From a virus (lineage: Duplodnaviria; Caudoviricetes), in the IMG/VR virus record IMGVR_UViG_3300020469_000047, positions 1-63,869 of that record: a stretch of DNA of 63,869 bases; one strand, written 5' to 3'. Position numbers and translations under genes: made by a program. A model generated the notes under the pieces. The model did not search any database, was not told the DNA's origin, and saw nothing but the letters and a program-made list of their open reading frames with translations. Below are positions 18,589 to 29,900 of the stretch, piece by piece (position 1 is the first letter of the stretch; every line of letters begins with the position of its first letter).

Positions 18589-21500
18589 ATGCCTCAAAAG
18601 ACGAACCTAAACGTAAGCCCATATTACGAAGATTTTGATGCGAATAAGAATTTTTATAAGATTCTTTTTCGACCTGGTTATTCTATACAAGGAAGAGAAC
18701 TAACACAGGTTCAATCAATTCTTCAGAATCAAGTTGAAAGCTTTGGAAAGTATGCCTTCAAGCAAGGTGAACTTGTAATTCCTGGCGAAGTAGGACTTAA
18801 CACAAAATTAGATTACGTAAAACTATCATCTGTTTCAGAAGTTGCAGTTAATGATGGTAGCAACAATATTGTTTATAAGAAATATGATATTTCTCAATTA
18901 ATCGGTCAAGAATTAATTGGGTTAACTTCTGGTGTCAAGGGAAGAATAGTTTCTACGAAACTGGCAACAGAAAGCACAGCAGATACTTTGTTTGTAAATT
19001 ACGTCAACAGTGGTTCGTCTAACACTGAGACTACTTTTAGACAAGGTGAGACTCTAGAGGTAGTTGATGGTGTCAATACTCCTTTACTCGTTGTAGGTAC
19101 AGATGGTAGTGTTCTACCAACCAGTATTAAAGTTACAAATCCAGATACTAATGAAACAACTTCATTAGAAAGTTCTGCAATGGGATTTGCTTCTGCTGTT
19201 AAGGTAGAAGAAGGTATTTACTTTGTTAATGGTTATTTTGTTCGTTGTGATGCAGAACTTTTAATTATTGATGAGTATTACAATAAACCATCTGCTAAAG
19301 TTGGTTTTACAATCAAAGAAGAAATTGTTACTCCAGAAGAAGATGCATCTTTATATGATAATGCAATTGGATCTTCTAACTACACTGCACCTGGTGGTCA
19401 TAGATTAAAAATATCTTTGGTATTAAAAGAATTTGCTCTTAATGCAATTACTGATAAGAATTTTATACAACTTCTTACAGTATCAAGAGGAGTAATTCAA
19501 AGAAAAATTGAATCAACAGATTTTAGTGTTCTAGAACAGACTCTTGCTCGTAGAACATTTGATGAGTCTGGTGATTATGTTGTTGATAATTTTACAGTAG
19601 ACGTTCGAGAATGGGCACAGAAGGACGGTAATACAGGTTTGTATGCTGTAGATGCTTTTGGTTTATATAACGGATACAACGCAACTGAGTCCTCTAGGAA
19701 GATGGTTGCTAGTATAGGTCCAGGTAAGGCATATATTAAGGGATATGAGATTGTCAATAAAGAGACTAAGTATCTTGAGATTAATAAAGCAAGAGAAAGT
19801 CTTTCTACTGACAATGTTAATTTAAAATCTAAAGGTCTTCCATCTTTTAGTGTTACTAATGTATATGGTAGTGTACCTTTAAACAAAGAGGGATCTGATC
19901 TTACTGCATATCCAGACGTATTTTTGTACAATACATTTAATGATGGTTCTGTCGGATTAAACAATACTGAACTATCTACAGATCACAGACAAACTATTAG
20001 TAGAAGGGGTCTTAGTTTTACTCCTAATGATGGAATAAAAACTATCACTTTACAAATAACAAACACAACTACACTTATCGGTGCTGTAACTGATGCAACA
20101 TTTCAAAGTCAATTTGGAACTCTCTATTATATTAAGACAAGAAGTGACACTGGTACTCCAACAGCAATTGGTTCTTTTAAAACATTATCTTTTGCCACTA
20201 CTAATAAACCACTTGTTAATGCATCCGAGTCTGTTCAGTTTTTAGAGCTCACAGTATATGGTCCTAAGAATGAATTAGAATCTTTATTATTAGAGTATGA
20301 TTTATCTGATACTGAGTTTAAAAGAAAGATTTTCTTAACAGAAGCAAATGCACAAACAAACTCAGGTGATGAGTTTGGATTTGTTGTGGATTATTCTTCA
20401 ACAGTTACTCCTGTAATTGGTAAAGTAAAACCAAATAACTTTTTCTTAAAGAAGAGAGGTTCTGGTTTTAATTCAGATTCTGACATTATACTTTCTAGAG
20501 GTCGTCTTGCTGCTGGAACAAGTGCATATAATAGTACATTTGGACTATCTTATTTTGATCCTCAGTTCTTCACCAAAATTATTTTAGAGTCAGTTCCTAC
20601 TGGAACCAATGCTTTTGATGAAGGTAAGTATGTGTTTGGTATTAATAGTGGTGCTTATGGAGTTGTTGAAGGAACTGCCTCTGGTGTTTATAGTACAGGT
20701 GTACTATTATTTGTAAAAACTCTATCAGGAAGATTTTTATCTGGTGAAACAATTAGAGATGAAGGTGGCAGCACTGTAAGAATTGCTAGAGAAAATACAC
20801 TATCTCATTTTGTTGTTCAAAGTAGAGGATTGGGTTATGCAGACGGTGCAACACTATTAATTAATGGATTAGAATTTGATAGTTCTAAAATAGATTTATC
20901 AAGAACTACAGATGGAAAAATTTATAAAGCATCTGTTGCTAATAGATCTGCAGTAAGTGTTGAATACGCACAACCTCCTGCAGTTACTGTAAAGAATCCT
21001 GATGGAGCATCTGCTCCAAATGCTGCTGCTAATATTGAACCTGTATTGTATAGAGATACAGTTACTACATATACACCACAAAATGTTAAGTCTGTGGCTT
21101 GTTCTTATGGATCAGGTAATGCAAATACTTTCTCTGCAGACGTTGTAGTAGATAGTCAAATTTATTCAGAAATTAAAACTGTAACTGACTACGCATTCTT
21201 TGGTAGTCAAGGATCTACATTTATAGAGTCTACAAGTTTTAGTGCAGATGCATCAACAGATGTACAACAAGGAGATTTAGTACAATTTTCTGATGATAGT
21301 AATAATCTCGTTAGGTCAATCGTTCAGTATGCTACAGAACAAGAAGGATCATATAAATCTAGAATTTACTTAGACACTGCTTTACCAGGTGCAGTTACTA
21401 ATGCTAGTATTGTAAGATTACGTCCGAAAGTAGATAATTCTACAAGTGGTACATTACTATTTTCTACTGGTAGTAAACAGGTATCTCAAATTTCTTCTGG

Positions 21501-24500
21501 TGGGGATGATACTAAGATTAAGTATTACTTCCGTAGAGATTTTGTAACTACTGCAACTACAGGTGGTGGTACAATTACATTTGCTGCACAGTTACCATTT
21601 GGTACACAAAGGTTTGCTGCATTTACCGAAGAGAATTATATTATTACTGTATTAGATCCTGGCGATGCACCTGATATTGTGAAAGGTGATATCATTTATG
21701 TTGGAGCAGATGTTGTAGATATATCATCTGCTACTGATACTGCTAGTGGTCTAACATCTGGTAGTATTAGTTTACAGTTAGCATCATCATATTTTGGAAC
21801 TATTCCTACTAATGGTGCTTATCCTAAACTTAAGTTAACTGCAACTCTAGAAGTATCTAATGCAAAACCAAGACTTAAAACTGTAGTAAAAAATAAGAGA
21901 ATTACAGTTACATCTGCTGGTGATCGTGTTGTTCCTTTAAGAGGTACTGACTACGATACTGAAGTTGTAGAGATACTTTCATATTCTGATGCATACAAGT
22001 TAAACTATGTTTATGAAGGAACATCAGCACAACCACCTGAGATTGATACTGCTGGTAATCTAATTTCTGGTACTGATGTTACATCAAGATATACATTTGA
22101 TAGTGGACAGAGAGATACGTTATATGATGTTTCTAGAGTAGTTTTAAAACCAGGTTTTGATGAGACTACAGGTCAACTTGTTATTTCTTTTGATTACTTT
22201 GAACATTCACAAGGTGACTTCTGTACAATTGATAGTTACTTACATGAAGCAGGAGTTTCTGAAGATGAGATTCCTACATTCGATTCTTCTGTTCTTGGTA
22301 TTACTGAACTTAAAAATGTAATTGATTTCAGACCTAAGGTTGACAGTGGTAGTATTATACCAGGTTTCTTAGATACTTCTACTTTAGAAGTAACTAATGG
22401 ATCTTTCTCTGGTGCTGGTGCAATTATTGCAAGTAGTCCTGCCCCTGATAAAGGTTTAGAATATACATTCTCATTCAGTCAAGTACAATACTTAGATCGT
22501 ATTGATGGTATCTTCTTAGACAAGAAAGGTAGTTTTATAGTTAAAGAAGGTAACTCATCTCTTAATCCTACAAAACCAGATGCGATAGAAGACGCAGTAC
22601 CATTATTCTATGCTTATATCCCTGCATTTACAAAGACAAGTAAAGACGTAAGACTTACCCCAGTTGATAATCGTCGTTATACAATGCGTGATATCGGTAA
22701 GTTAGAGAAACGTATTGAAAGATTAGAATACTATACAACACTTAGTATCCTAGAACAGCAAGCACTTAACATGCAAGTTAAGGATGAAATAGGTCTTGAT
22801 AGATTTAAGTCTGGTTTTGTTGTTGATAACTTTGAAGCACATAAAGTTGGTAATCTTAGATCACTTGATTATCGTTGTGCTGTTGATGCTCAACAATCTG
22901 TTCTTCGTCCACAGTCTAAAGAAGATTCTTTAGATTTAGTAGAAGTTAATAGAAGAGAAGATCAAAGAGCAGTTTCTGGATATAAAAAATCTGGAAACAT
23001 GGTAACGTTACCATATTCTCCATTATCATTATTAGGAAATAATTTCGCTTCATCAACACTAAATCCAAATCCATTTGTTGTTCTACAATATGTTGGTGAT
23101 AGTGATATATCTCCAGCGATAGATCAATGGTATGATTCTAGTATAGAACCAGTTGTTGTAGATACTAATACAGATCTCTTTAATATATTCTTAGCAAAAG
23201 AAAGTGTAAAAGAAAGTTTCTCCAGTTTACATAACTCATTTGTTATTAACTGGGTTGGAGCATCATCATCTTTTACTGCAATTAATTCTCTTGGTGGAGT
23301 TAATTCACAAATTGCTAACACATCTGTACAGAATGCATCTGTTGGTAGTTCTTCTAATATCAGTCCTCAAAATAATGAGGTTGGTAAGGGATTACAAACT
23401 AAATCTGTAGGTAATAGTATTGTTTCTACATCACTATCATTCTTTGCTAGAAGTGCACCTATCAAATTTAAAGTTGGTAGAATGAAACCTAATACTAGAA
23501 TATACGTGTTCTTAGAAGGTAGAGATGTTAGTCGTTGGGTTAACCCTGATCTTAGATATACAGGAATTGCAGGAAACTCATTATCAGCATTTAATGGTCC
23601 TATAACCACAGATGAATATGGTAATGCTAGTGGTTTAATTATTCTACCAGCTGGATCACCTCCTAATGAAAATGCTATTTGGGGTGGAGACATTGATACT
23701 GTTGGATATGATGCATCAGCAGAAGCATTGAATTTTACTGTTGGAACTCTTACATTTAGATTTACTTCTAGTTCTACTAACGAAGAAAAATCAAGTGTAG
23801 ATTCTTATACAGAAGTTAAGTATTATGCCACTGGTATTTTACCAGAAAATCCTTCTAGTATTGTTTCTACAAAACCATCTATATTCAAATCCAATGAAGG
23901 TGTTCAGTTAATTGAAAGTAATACTGACAATCCTGTAAGACCTAATCCTCTTGCACAGACATTTAAAGTAGAAAACTTAGATGGTGGTTGTTTTGTAACT
24001 GGTATTGATCTTTACTTCAATAAGAAAAGTGCAACTATACCAGTCAAAACTTATATTACAAATGTAGATGCTGAAAAACCAGCAAAAAATATTGTACCTG
24101 GTAGTGAAAAAACATTAACACCAAATACTTTCCTTAAATGTTTTGCTAGTGGTAACATGGCAATTTACAAAAATGAAAATGTTACTGGTGCATCTTCTAC
24201 TGCCTCAGGTCCTATACTTAAAGTATTTGATAAGAACAATGTAGAATTAGTTGCTACTGCATCTGGTAAGTATAGTCTTACTAATGAGCAAGTATATACT
24301 GTTGTTCTCAGTAATCATAATGGTAAATCATTTATACCAAATGAAGATTTAATTATCCCATCAGTAACTCTTGCAAATGCAACAGATGGTACTGATTTTA
24401 TTCTTTCTATTGCAAAAGATAGTGGAAAGTTATCTGATGTCAGAGTTACAAATACTGGTTTAAATTATGACAGTGCAATTCTTACTATTGAAAGTCCACA

Positions 24501-26691
24501 ATTACCTGGTGGATCTACTGCTACTGCAAACATAGAAGTATCTGGTGGTAAGATTTACAATGCTGAGATATCACTAAGCGGATTTGGATATACAGAAGCA
24601 CCAGCAGTTGTTGTGAAAGGTGTTGGTAATGGGTCTGGAGGATGTCAAATCCAAACCTTTATAGAAATAGATACACCAGCAGTTAGAATGGGTGTAGCGA
24701 CTGATCAGACAGGTGTTACAGAATCAACTACTCCTACACATTTTGGATTTGATTATCCAGTATACTTACAGAATGATACTGAGTATGCTCTTGTAGTAGA
24801 GACAGATTCTATCGACTATGAACTATGGTCATCCAAATTAGGAGAAACCGACATAGCGACAAGTACGGTTATTACAACCCAACCTTCATTAGGTTCGGTT
24901 TACCGATCACAAAACACTGAGAGTTGGACAGAAGATATATTTGAGGATCTTAAGTTTACAATGTATCGTGCTGAATTTGATACATCAAGACCAGCAGAAT
25001 TGTTAGTTAAGAATGATAATCTTGGATATGAATTATTAGAAAGTAATCCATTTGAAACTAATGCAAGTGCTAATACAAACTCTACTTCTAAATTATTTAA
25101 AAATAATAACTCTATACTAAAAGTAAGTCATAGGGATCATGGATTTGAAACTGGTGGAAATTCATATGTGTTCTATAGAACTGCTAATGAAATTGGTGGT
25201 GTAACTGCATCTATATTGAACAGTACATTATTCCAAGTATCTAACTCTGGTGTTGACACATATAATATTCAATCAAGTTCTCAAGCTGCTGGCAACTCTA
25301 TTGGTGGTGGAGATCTTGTATATGCTTCATTTAATAGAAAATATGAAACTCTATATCCACAAGTTTCATACTTATCATTTACTAATACAACTTTAAATAC
25401 AGAAGTTAAAACAACTAATGTAGTTCCTGTTGATTCAGCATCAACAAATTATAATTCTTATTCACAATCAGATTATGAAAAGACATTTTTAAATGAACCA
25501 CATTATTTTACTAATCAGAAATTTGTTGCATCTAGTATTAATGAAACTCTAAACAGTGTTTCTCAATCATTAGTTTATAAAATGTCATTATCGTCTACTG
25601 TGTCTCATTTGAGTCCAGCAATAGACTTATCAAATGCTACTGTAAAAACAGTAACTAATAGAATTGAAAATGCAAGTGGTCAAGAAGATAGATTTGGTAG
25701 AAGAGATCAGGTTGTTGAGTTCTATCCAGTATATCAATTCAATCTTGCTGGAAATGGTGCAACCCAATTACAAGCAGATCAAACAATCAAAGGAGTTACA
25801 ACAAAAACAACTGGTACTATTGCTAGAGTAAATGGTCAAGTTGTTTACGTTAGAGTTAAGACAAGTCAATTCTTCCAAAAAGGAGAGACAGTAACATTAG
25901 GAAATCAATTAGGTCTTTCTGCTGTTACAGTTGACTCAAATCCATCACAAGTATTTGCTACTATCGCTGATGCATCTACTATTGTTGCACGTAATCCAAA
26001 CGTATTAAATGAAACATATGATAATATAATTACTGGTAAAACAACTATCTGGAATACTCAAACTCAAGAACTAACATTGAGAGTTGATACAAACCCAATC
26101 AATGATAGTTTTACAGACAGAATTATAGACAATGCTCTTTATAATAGAAATGCAGTTACTGCAAATCAACTTGCTGATATATTCCGTGTAGGAGATTTTG
26201 TCAAGTATCCTAATCAACCCGATGAAGAGAATGCGTATCTTGAGGTTGGAAAAATATCTTATACAAATGGTTCAGACTTTGTTGCTGAGGACACATCTAA
26301 GAATGGTTCTTCAATTGCTAAGTATGTAACTAAAGAAGTTACGATTGCAAATCCAGCAACTGCTATTGATGTACATCTACTAGCAAATGTTAGAGATATT
26401 GAAAACCTTAAAGTATTCTACAAGTATAAGAAAGCATCTAGTCAAGAAAACTTTGAAGATATTGATTGGATCTATTTCAATACATCAGGTGAACCAGATG
26501 TGTTTGATATTGCAACAAGTGAGAATACAATATCAGGTATTGTAGAGAAACAATCTTCTTATCAAGATTTAAAATATAGTGCTTCTAAACTTCCAGAATA
26601 TTCATCATTTGCTATTAAAATTGTGATGTCTGGTGTAGATCCTTCCTATGTTCCTAAAGTACAGGACATCAGAGCAGTCGCTGCGTTCTAA
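18589..26691 (+). CDS. Large virion structural protein, VrlC/DUF4815-like
   Basis: NLNVSPYYEDFD..FRPG..Q.RELT, LARRTFDESGDY, RYTMRDIGKLEKRI..LEYYT.L, PLAQTF, EDLKF motifs. Confidence 0.9.
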   Translation: MPQKTNLNVSPYYEDFDANKNFYKILFRPGYSIQGRELTQVQSILQNQVESFGKYAFKQGELVIPGEVGLNTKLDYVKLSSVSEVAVNDGSNNIVYKKYDISQLIGQELIGLTSGVKGRIVSTKLATESTADTLFVNYVNSGSSNTETTFRQGETLEVVDGVNTPLLVVGTDGSVLPTSIKVTNPDTNETTSLESSAMGFASAVKVEEGIYFVNGYFVRCDAELLIIDEYYNKPSAKVGFTIKEEIVTPEEDASLYDNAIGSSNYTAPGGHRLKISLVLKEFALNAITDKNFIQLLTVSRGVIQRKIESTDFSVLEQTLARRTFDESGDYVVDNFTVDVREWAQKDGNTGLYAVDAFGLYNGYNATESSRKMVASIGPGKAYIKGYEIVNKETKYLEINKARESLSTDNVNLKSKGLPSFSVTNVYGSVPLNKEGSDLTAYPDVFLYNTFNDGSVGLNNTELSTDHRQTISRRGLSFTPNDGIKTITLQITNTTTLIGAVTDATFQSQFGTLYYIKTRSDTGTPTAIGSFKTLSFATTNKPLVNASESVQFLELTVYGPKNELESLLLEYDLSDTEFKRKIFLTEANAQTNSGDEFGFVVDYSSTVTPVIGKVKPNNFFLKKRGSGFNSDSDIILSRGRLAAGTSAYNSTFGLSYFDPQFFTKIILESVPTGTNAFDEGKYVFGINSGAYGVVEGTASGVYSTGVLLFVKTLSGRFLSGETIRDEGGSTVRIARENTLSHFVVQSRGLGYADGATLLINGLEFDSSKIDLSRTTDGKIYKASVANRSAVSVEYAQPPAVTVKNPDGASAPNAAANIEPVLYRDTVTTYTPQNVKSVACSYGSGNANTFSADVVVDSQIYSEIKTVTDYAFFGSQGSTFIESTSFSADASTDVQQGDLVQFSDDSNNLVRSIVQYATEQEGSYKSRIYLDTALPGAVTNASIVRLRPKVDNSTSGTLLFSTGSKQVSQISSGGDDTKIKYYFRRDFVTTATTGGGTITFAAQLPFGTQRFAAFTEENYIITVLDPGDAPDIVKGDIIYVGADVVDISSATDTASGLTSGSISLQLASSYFGTIPTNGAYPKLKLTATLEVSNAKPRLKTVVKNKRITVTSAGDRVVPLRGTDYDTEVVEILSYSDAYKLNYVYEGTSAQPPEIDTAGNLISGTDVTSRYTFDSGQRDTLYDVSRVVLKPGFDETTGQLVISFDYFEHSQGDFCTIDSYLHEAGVSEDEIPTFDSSVLGITELKNVIDFRPKVDSGSIIPGFLDTSTLEVTNGSFSGAGAIIASSPAPDKGLEYTFSFSQVQYLDRIDGIFLDKKGSFIVKEGNSSLNPTKPDAIEDAVPLFYAYIPAFTKTSKDVRLTPVDNRRYTMRDIGKLEKRIERLEYYTTLSILEQQALNMQVKDEIGLDRFKSGFVVDNFEAHKVGNLRSLDYRCAVDAQQSVLRPQSKEDSLDLVEVNRREDQRAVSGYKKSGNMVTLPYSPLSLLGNNFASSTLNPNPFVVLQYVGDSDISPAIDQWYDSSIEPVVVDTNTDLFNIFLAKESVKESFSSLHNSFVINWVGASSSFTAINSLGGVNSQIANTSVQNASVGSSSNISPQNNEVGKGLQTKSVGNSIVSTSLSFFARSAPIKFKVGRMKPNTRIYVFLEGRDVSRWVNPDLRYTGIAGNSLSAFNGPITTDEYGNASGLIILPAGSPPNENAIWGGDIDTVGYDASAEALNFTVGTLTFRFTSSSTNEEKSSVDSYTEVKYYATGILPENPSSIVSTKPSIFKSNEGVQLIESNTDNPVRPNPLAQTFKVENLDGGCFVTGIDLYFNKKSATIPVKTYITNVDAEKPAKNIVPGSEKTLTPNTFLKCFASGNMAIYKNENVTGASSTASGPILKVFDKNNVELVATASGKYSLTNEQVYTVVLSNHNGKSFIPNEDLIIPSVTLANATDGTDFILSIAKDSGKLSDVRVTNTGLNYDSAILTIESPQLPGGSTATANIEVSGGKIYNAEISLSGFGYTEAPAVVVKGVGNGSGGCQIQTFIEIDTPAVRMGVATDQTGVTESTTPTHFGFDYPVYLQNDTEYALVVETDSIDYELWSSKLGETDIATSTVITTQPSLGSVYRSQNTESWTEDIFEDLKFTMYRAEFDTSRPAELLVKNDNLGYELLESNPFETNASANTNSTSKLFKNNNSILKVSHRDHGFETGGNSYVFYRTANEIGGVTASILNSTLFQVSNSGVDTYNIQSSSQAAGNSIGGGDLVYASFNRKYETLYPQVSYLSFTNTTLNTEVKTTNVVPVDSASTNYNSYSQSDYEKTFLNEPHYFTNQKFVASSINETLNSVSQSLVYKMSLSSTVSHLSPAIDLSNATVKTVTNRIENASGQEDRFGRRDQVVEFYPVYQFNLAGNGATQLQADQTIKGVTTKTTGTIARVNGQVVYVRVKTSQFFQKGETVTLGNQLGLSAVTVDSNPSQVFATIADASTIVARNPNVLNETYDNIITGKTTIWNTQTQELTLRVDTNPINDSFTDRIIDNALYNRNAVTANQLADIFRVGDFVKYPNQPDEENAYLEVGKISYTNGSDFVAEDTSKNGSSIAKYVTKEVTIANPATAIDVHLLANVRDIENLKVFYKYKKASSQENFEDIDWIYFNTSGEPDVFDIATSENTISGIVEKQSSYQDLKYSASKLPEYSSFAIKIVMSGVDPSYVPKVQDIRAVAAF

Positions 26692-26700
26692 TTTCCGCAC

Positions 26701-26907
26701 ATGGATTTTGTAAAAGTGTCTGGACATGATGGTCTCGTAAGAGATCAAAAGACTGGTGCCATCATCAATGTGGATGATTCTGCTATTGAATCTAGACGTA
26801 AGTCAAAACAATTGAGTTCCGCATTGGACGACATAAATAACTTGAAGAATGATGTCTCTGAAATCAAGTCCTTACTGAGAGAGTTAATCCAAAATGCCAG
26901 CAGTTAA
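26701..26907 (+). CDS. Small conserved coiled-coil protein
   Basis: KV.GH..LVRD..TGAIIN followed by a C-terminal heptad repeat. Confidence 0.85.
   Translation: MDFVKVSGHDGLVRDQKTGAIINVDDSAIESRRKSKQLSSALDDINNLKNDVSEIKSLLRELIQNASS
26832..26839 (+). promoter_or_regulatory. Late promoter
   Basis: CATAAATA 54 nt upstream of 26894. Confidence 0.5.
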
Positions 26908-29900
26908 TGTAGCACGTACTGACACCTTTGAACAGCAAAGGGTCAAAATAAACGAAATAGGTACCCAGATATTTACAGTTACTGCTGGAGGTTCAGACCT
27001 TTCAACAGGTAACTTAAAACTAGGAGATGGTCTAGTAACAGCTCCCAGTTTAGCATTTGTAAATGATGTTAGCGTAGGACTATACCGTAATGGTACAGGT
27101 GTACTAGGTTTTGCAGCAGGAGGCAAAAAATTATCTGACCTCTCAGCATCAAGTGTCAAATACTATAGAGATTTTTTAATTGAGAAAAACAGTCTTGATA
27201 CATTAGGTATTGCAATTACTAATGCAGGACAAAATTATGATGGTGGAACTTATACAGAAATTCCTGCTATTGGTGGTACTGGTGACGGAGCAACTTTTGG
27301 TGTAACAATTGATGGATTTGATGGAACGATTACTAATACAGGTACTGGATATACACCTGGCGTTTACTTAAACATCCCTGTCATAAGTAATGGAAGTGGT
27401 ACTGGTGCTACTTTTGACTTTACAGTAGATCAGATATCAGGACAGATTACACAAGGTGGTGTTAACTACTATCCAGGATCATATACAAATATCGCCATGA
27501 CTGGTGGTAATGGTTTGCAAATGACTGGTGACATTGTAGTTGCTTCATTTTCTGCAACTGTTACTTCTGGTTCTAACTATCCTGACGGTTTATATAAAAG
27601 TATTCCGTTAACAGGTGGTAATGGAACTGGTATGTTAACTAACCTCTACGTAGTAAATGGTGGAGTACAACCATTTGGTGGAGTTACTAGTAGTGAATAC
27701 GTATCTACCACAACAAATTATACTATAGGTGATGTATTAACAGGAAGTATTCCACTTGCAGGAACTCAAACCTTTATAGTTAAATCTTCACTAGGAAACA
27801 AATATTTTATTGATGGATTTTTAGGTGGAAACTTTAATCTATTAAAAGGAAAGACATATGTCTTTGATTGTAGTGATGCTACAAATGATCCACATCCACT
27901 GTTCATATCAACTGTTGATGCAGATCAAAATACTATTCTTGATGCAGCTGATGGTGTTACATACGAACTAGATGGTGCTACTGTAACTGGTGCACAATTT
28001 CTTTCTGGATATTTTGGAGCAACAACAAGTAGAACAATAACTTTTGCAGTTCCAACAAACCCTGCAACAACAAGTGTTTGGTATGGATGTTCTGTTCACC
28101 CTCTTCAAGGTGGAGAGTTAACTTTTTCTGATCCTAATTCACAACAAAATAGTTTCTCATTAGTTGTTGATGCAATTGGTGGTACAGTTACTGAGTTTAT
28201 TGTTAACGCACCAGGCGATGGAAATTATCAAGTAGGAGATGTTTTAAGTGTTGCTGCAGCAGATCTTTATGATGCAAACTCAGCAGATGCTGGTACAGCA
28301 GGATCTGGATTACAGATTACTCTTGGTGGTAACTTTGGTGCCATTCCAGCATTAGATAAAATATCTCTATTCGGTAGTGGTTATGTAACTGGAGAAATTC
28401 TTACTCTTGCTAGTGCAGTTAATAATGTTTCAACATATGCTAGAGGAGAATTAACATTTAATGGAGTTACATTTAGTTCTAACGCTGGTGTAACTGCAAT
28501 ACAGTTTACTGGTATAGCGACTGGTGCTGCTCAAACTTATAGTAATATTTTAGTTTCAACTATAAGTTCTAATGGTTCTGGATTACGTGTTGACGTTGTA
28601 AAATCAGTTGGAGGAGGAAATACATCATACTCTGCAGTTAACATCGTTGCAGCGGGTACAGGATACTTACCAGGCGACACACTGTATATTCCAGGTAACG
28701 CACTTGGTGGTGCAGCGGGTGGTCAACCAGGTTCTGGTGGTAACGATCTTGCAATTTCTGTTTCTACAATTGAAGCAGGAAGTGCACAAGTCACAGTTTC
28801 TAGTACAACAGGTGTTGAAGTAGGAGATGGTGTTGAGATAGTTCAAAATATTAATAATCCAGGACAAATTCCTGGTGGAGTTACTGTTGCTAGTGTCGAT
28901 AGTGCAACACAATTTACAATGTCTGCAGGACCTACAATACCAGGTGCTGCTGATCTTAAAGTTGTTAACCAAAACACATCTTACTTAACAGTTCCAGACA
29001 CATCTGGAATTATTAATGGAATGGTTGTTGTATATGTGAGTGGTAATGGTGGGATTATTGCTGGAACCACAGTCACAGGAATTATAGATGCAACTACTGT
29101 ACAAATAGGAATTTTACCAACTGTAGCTGGTGCTATGGTTGTTAACTTTGAACCTGAGTATGGAGGTGGATCAAGTTTTGCATATACTGTTGGAACACTT
29201 GGTTTAGCAAGTGAAGTAACTATTGTTAATGGTGGTAATGGTTATACCATAGGTGATACTTTAACAGCAAATGCTACTGACCTTGTTCAACCAGAGGTTT
29301 ATGCTGTTATCAACAAGACTATTGATAAAGTTACGTTTACTAGCACTTATGCATCTGCAACGTTTAGTGTAGGAGATGTGGTTAGAGATGCAGGAGGAGG
29401 AGTTGTTGCAAGTACAGTTACTACATCAACCACAGTTGCTGCAGGAGCAAATGGAAGTTATACTGCAGTTTCTCCATCTTCAACGAGTGGAAATGGTGCT
29501 GGTGCAACATTTGATATTAGTAGAGATGGAAATGGTGATATCATATCTGCAGTTGTTACCGTAGGAGCTGAAGGTTATTTCTTCGTAGCGAATGAAACTG
29601 TTACGATACCAGGTGCTAGTGTTGGTGGATCAACCCCAGCTGATAACGTAGTATTAACAATAACTAACGTAACTTCTTCTACATCTACTACTACAGTTAC
29701 TAAAGTCGGAACTTCTGGTGGTAATATTTCTTATCTTATTACCGATACATTTGGTTTCCAAGATGGAGAAGTTTTAGTAAAAGATAGTGCTCCAACAGTA
29801 GGATATGCTATCAACACTGCTGTTTCAGAGTTCCGTTATTTCGTTGATATAAATGATGGCAATGGTTCTGTAATGACTCCTTCTTGGACAGTGTATGCTG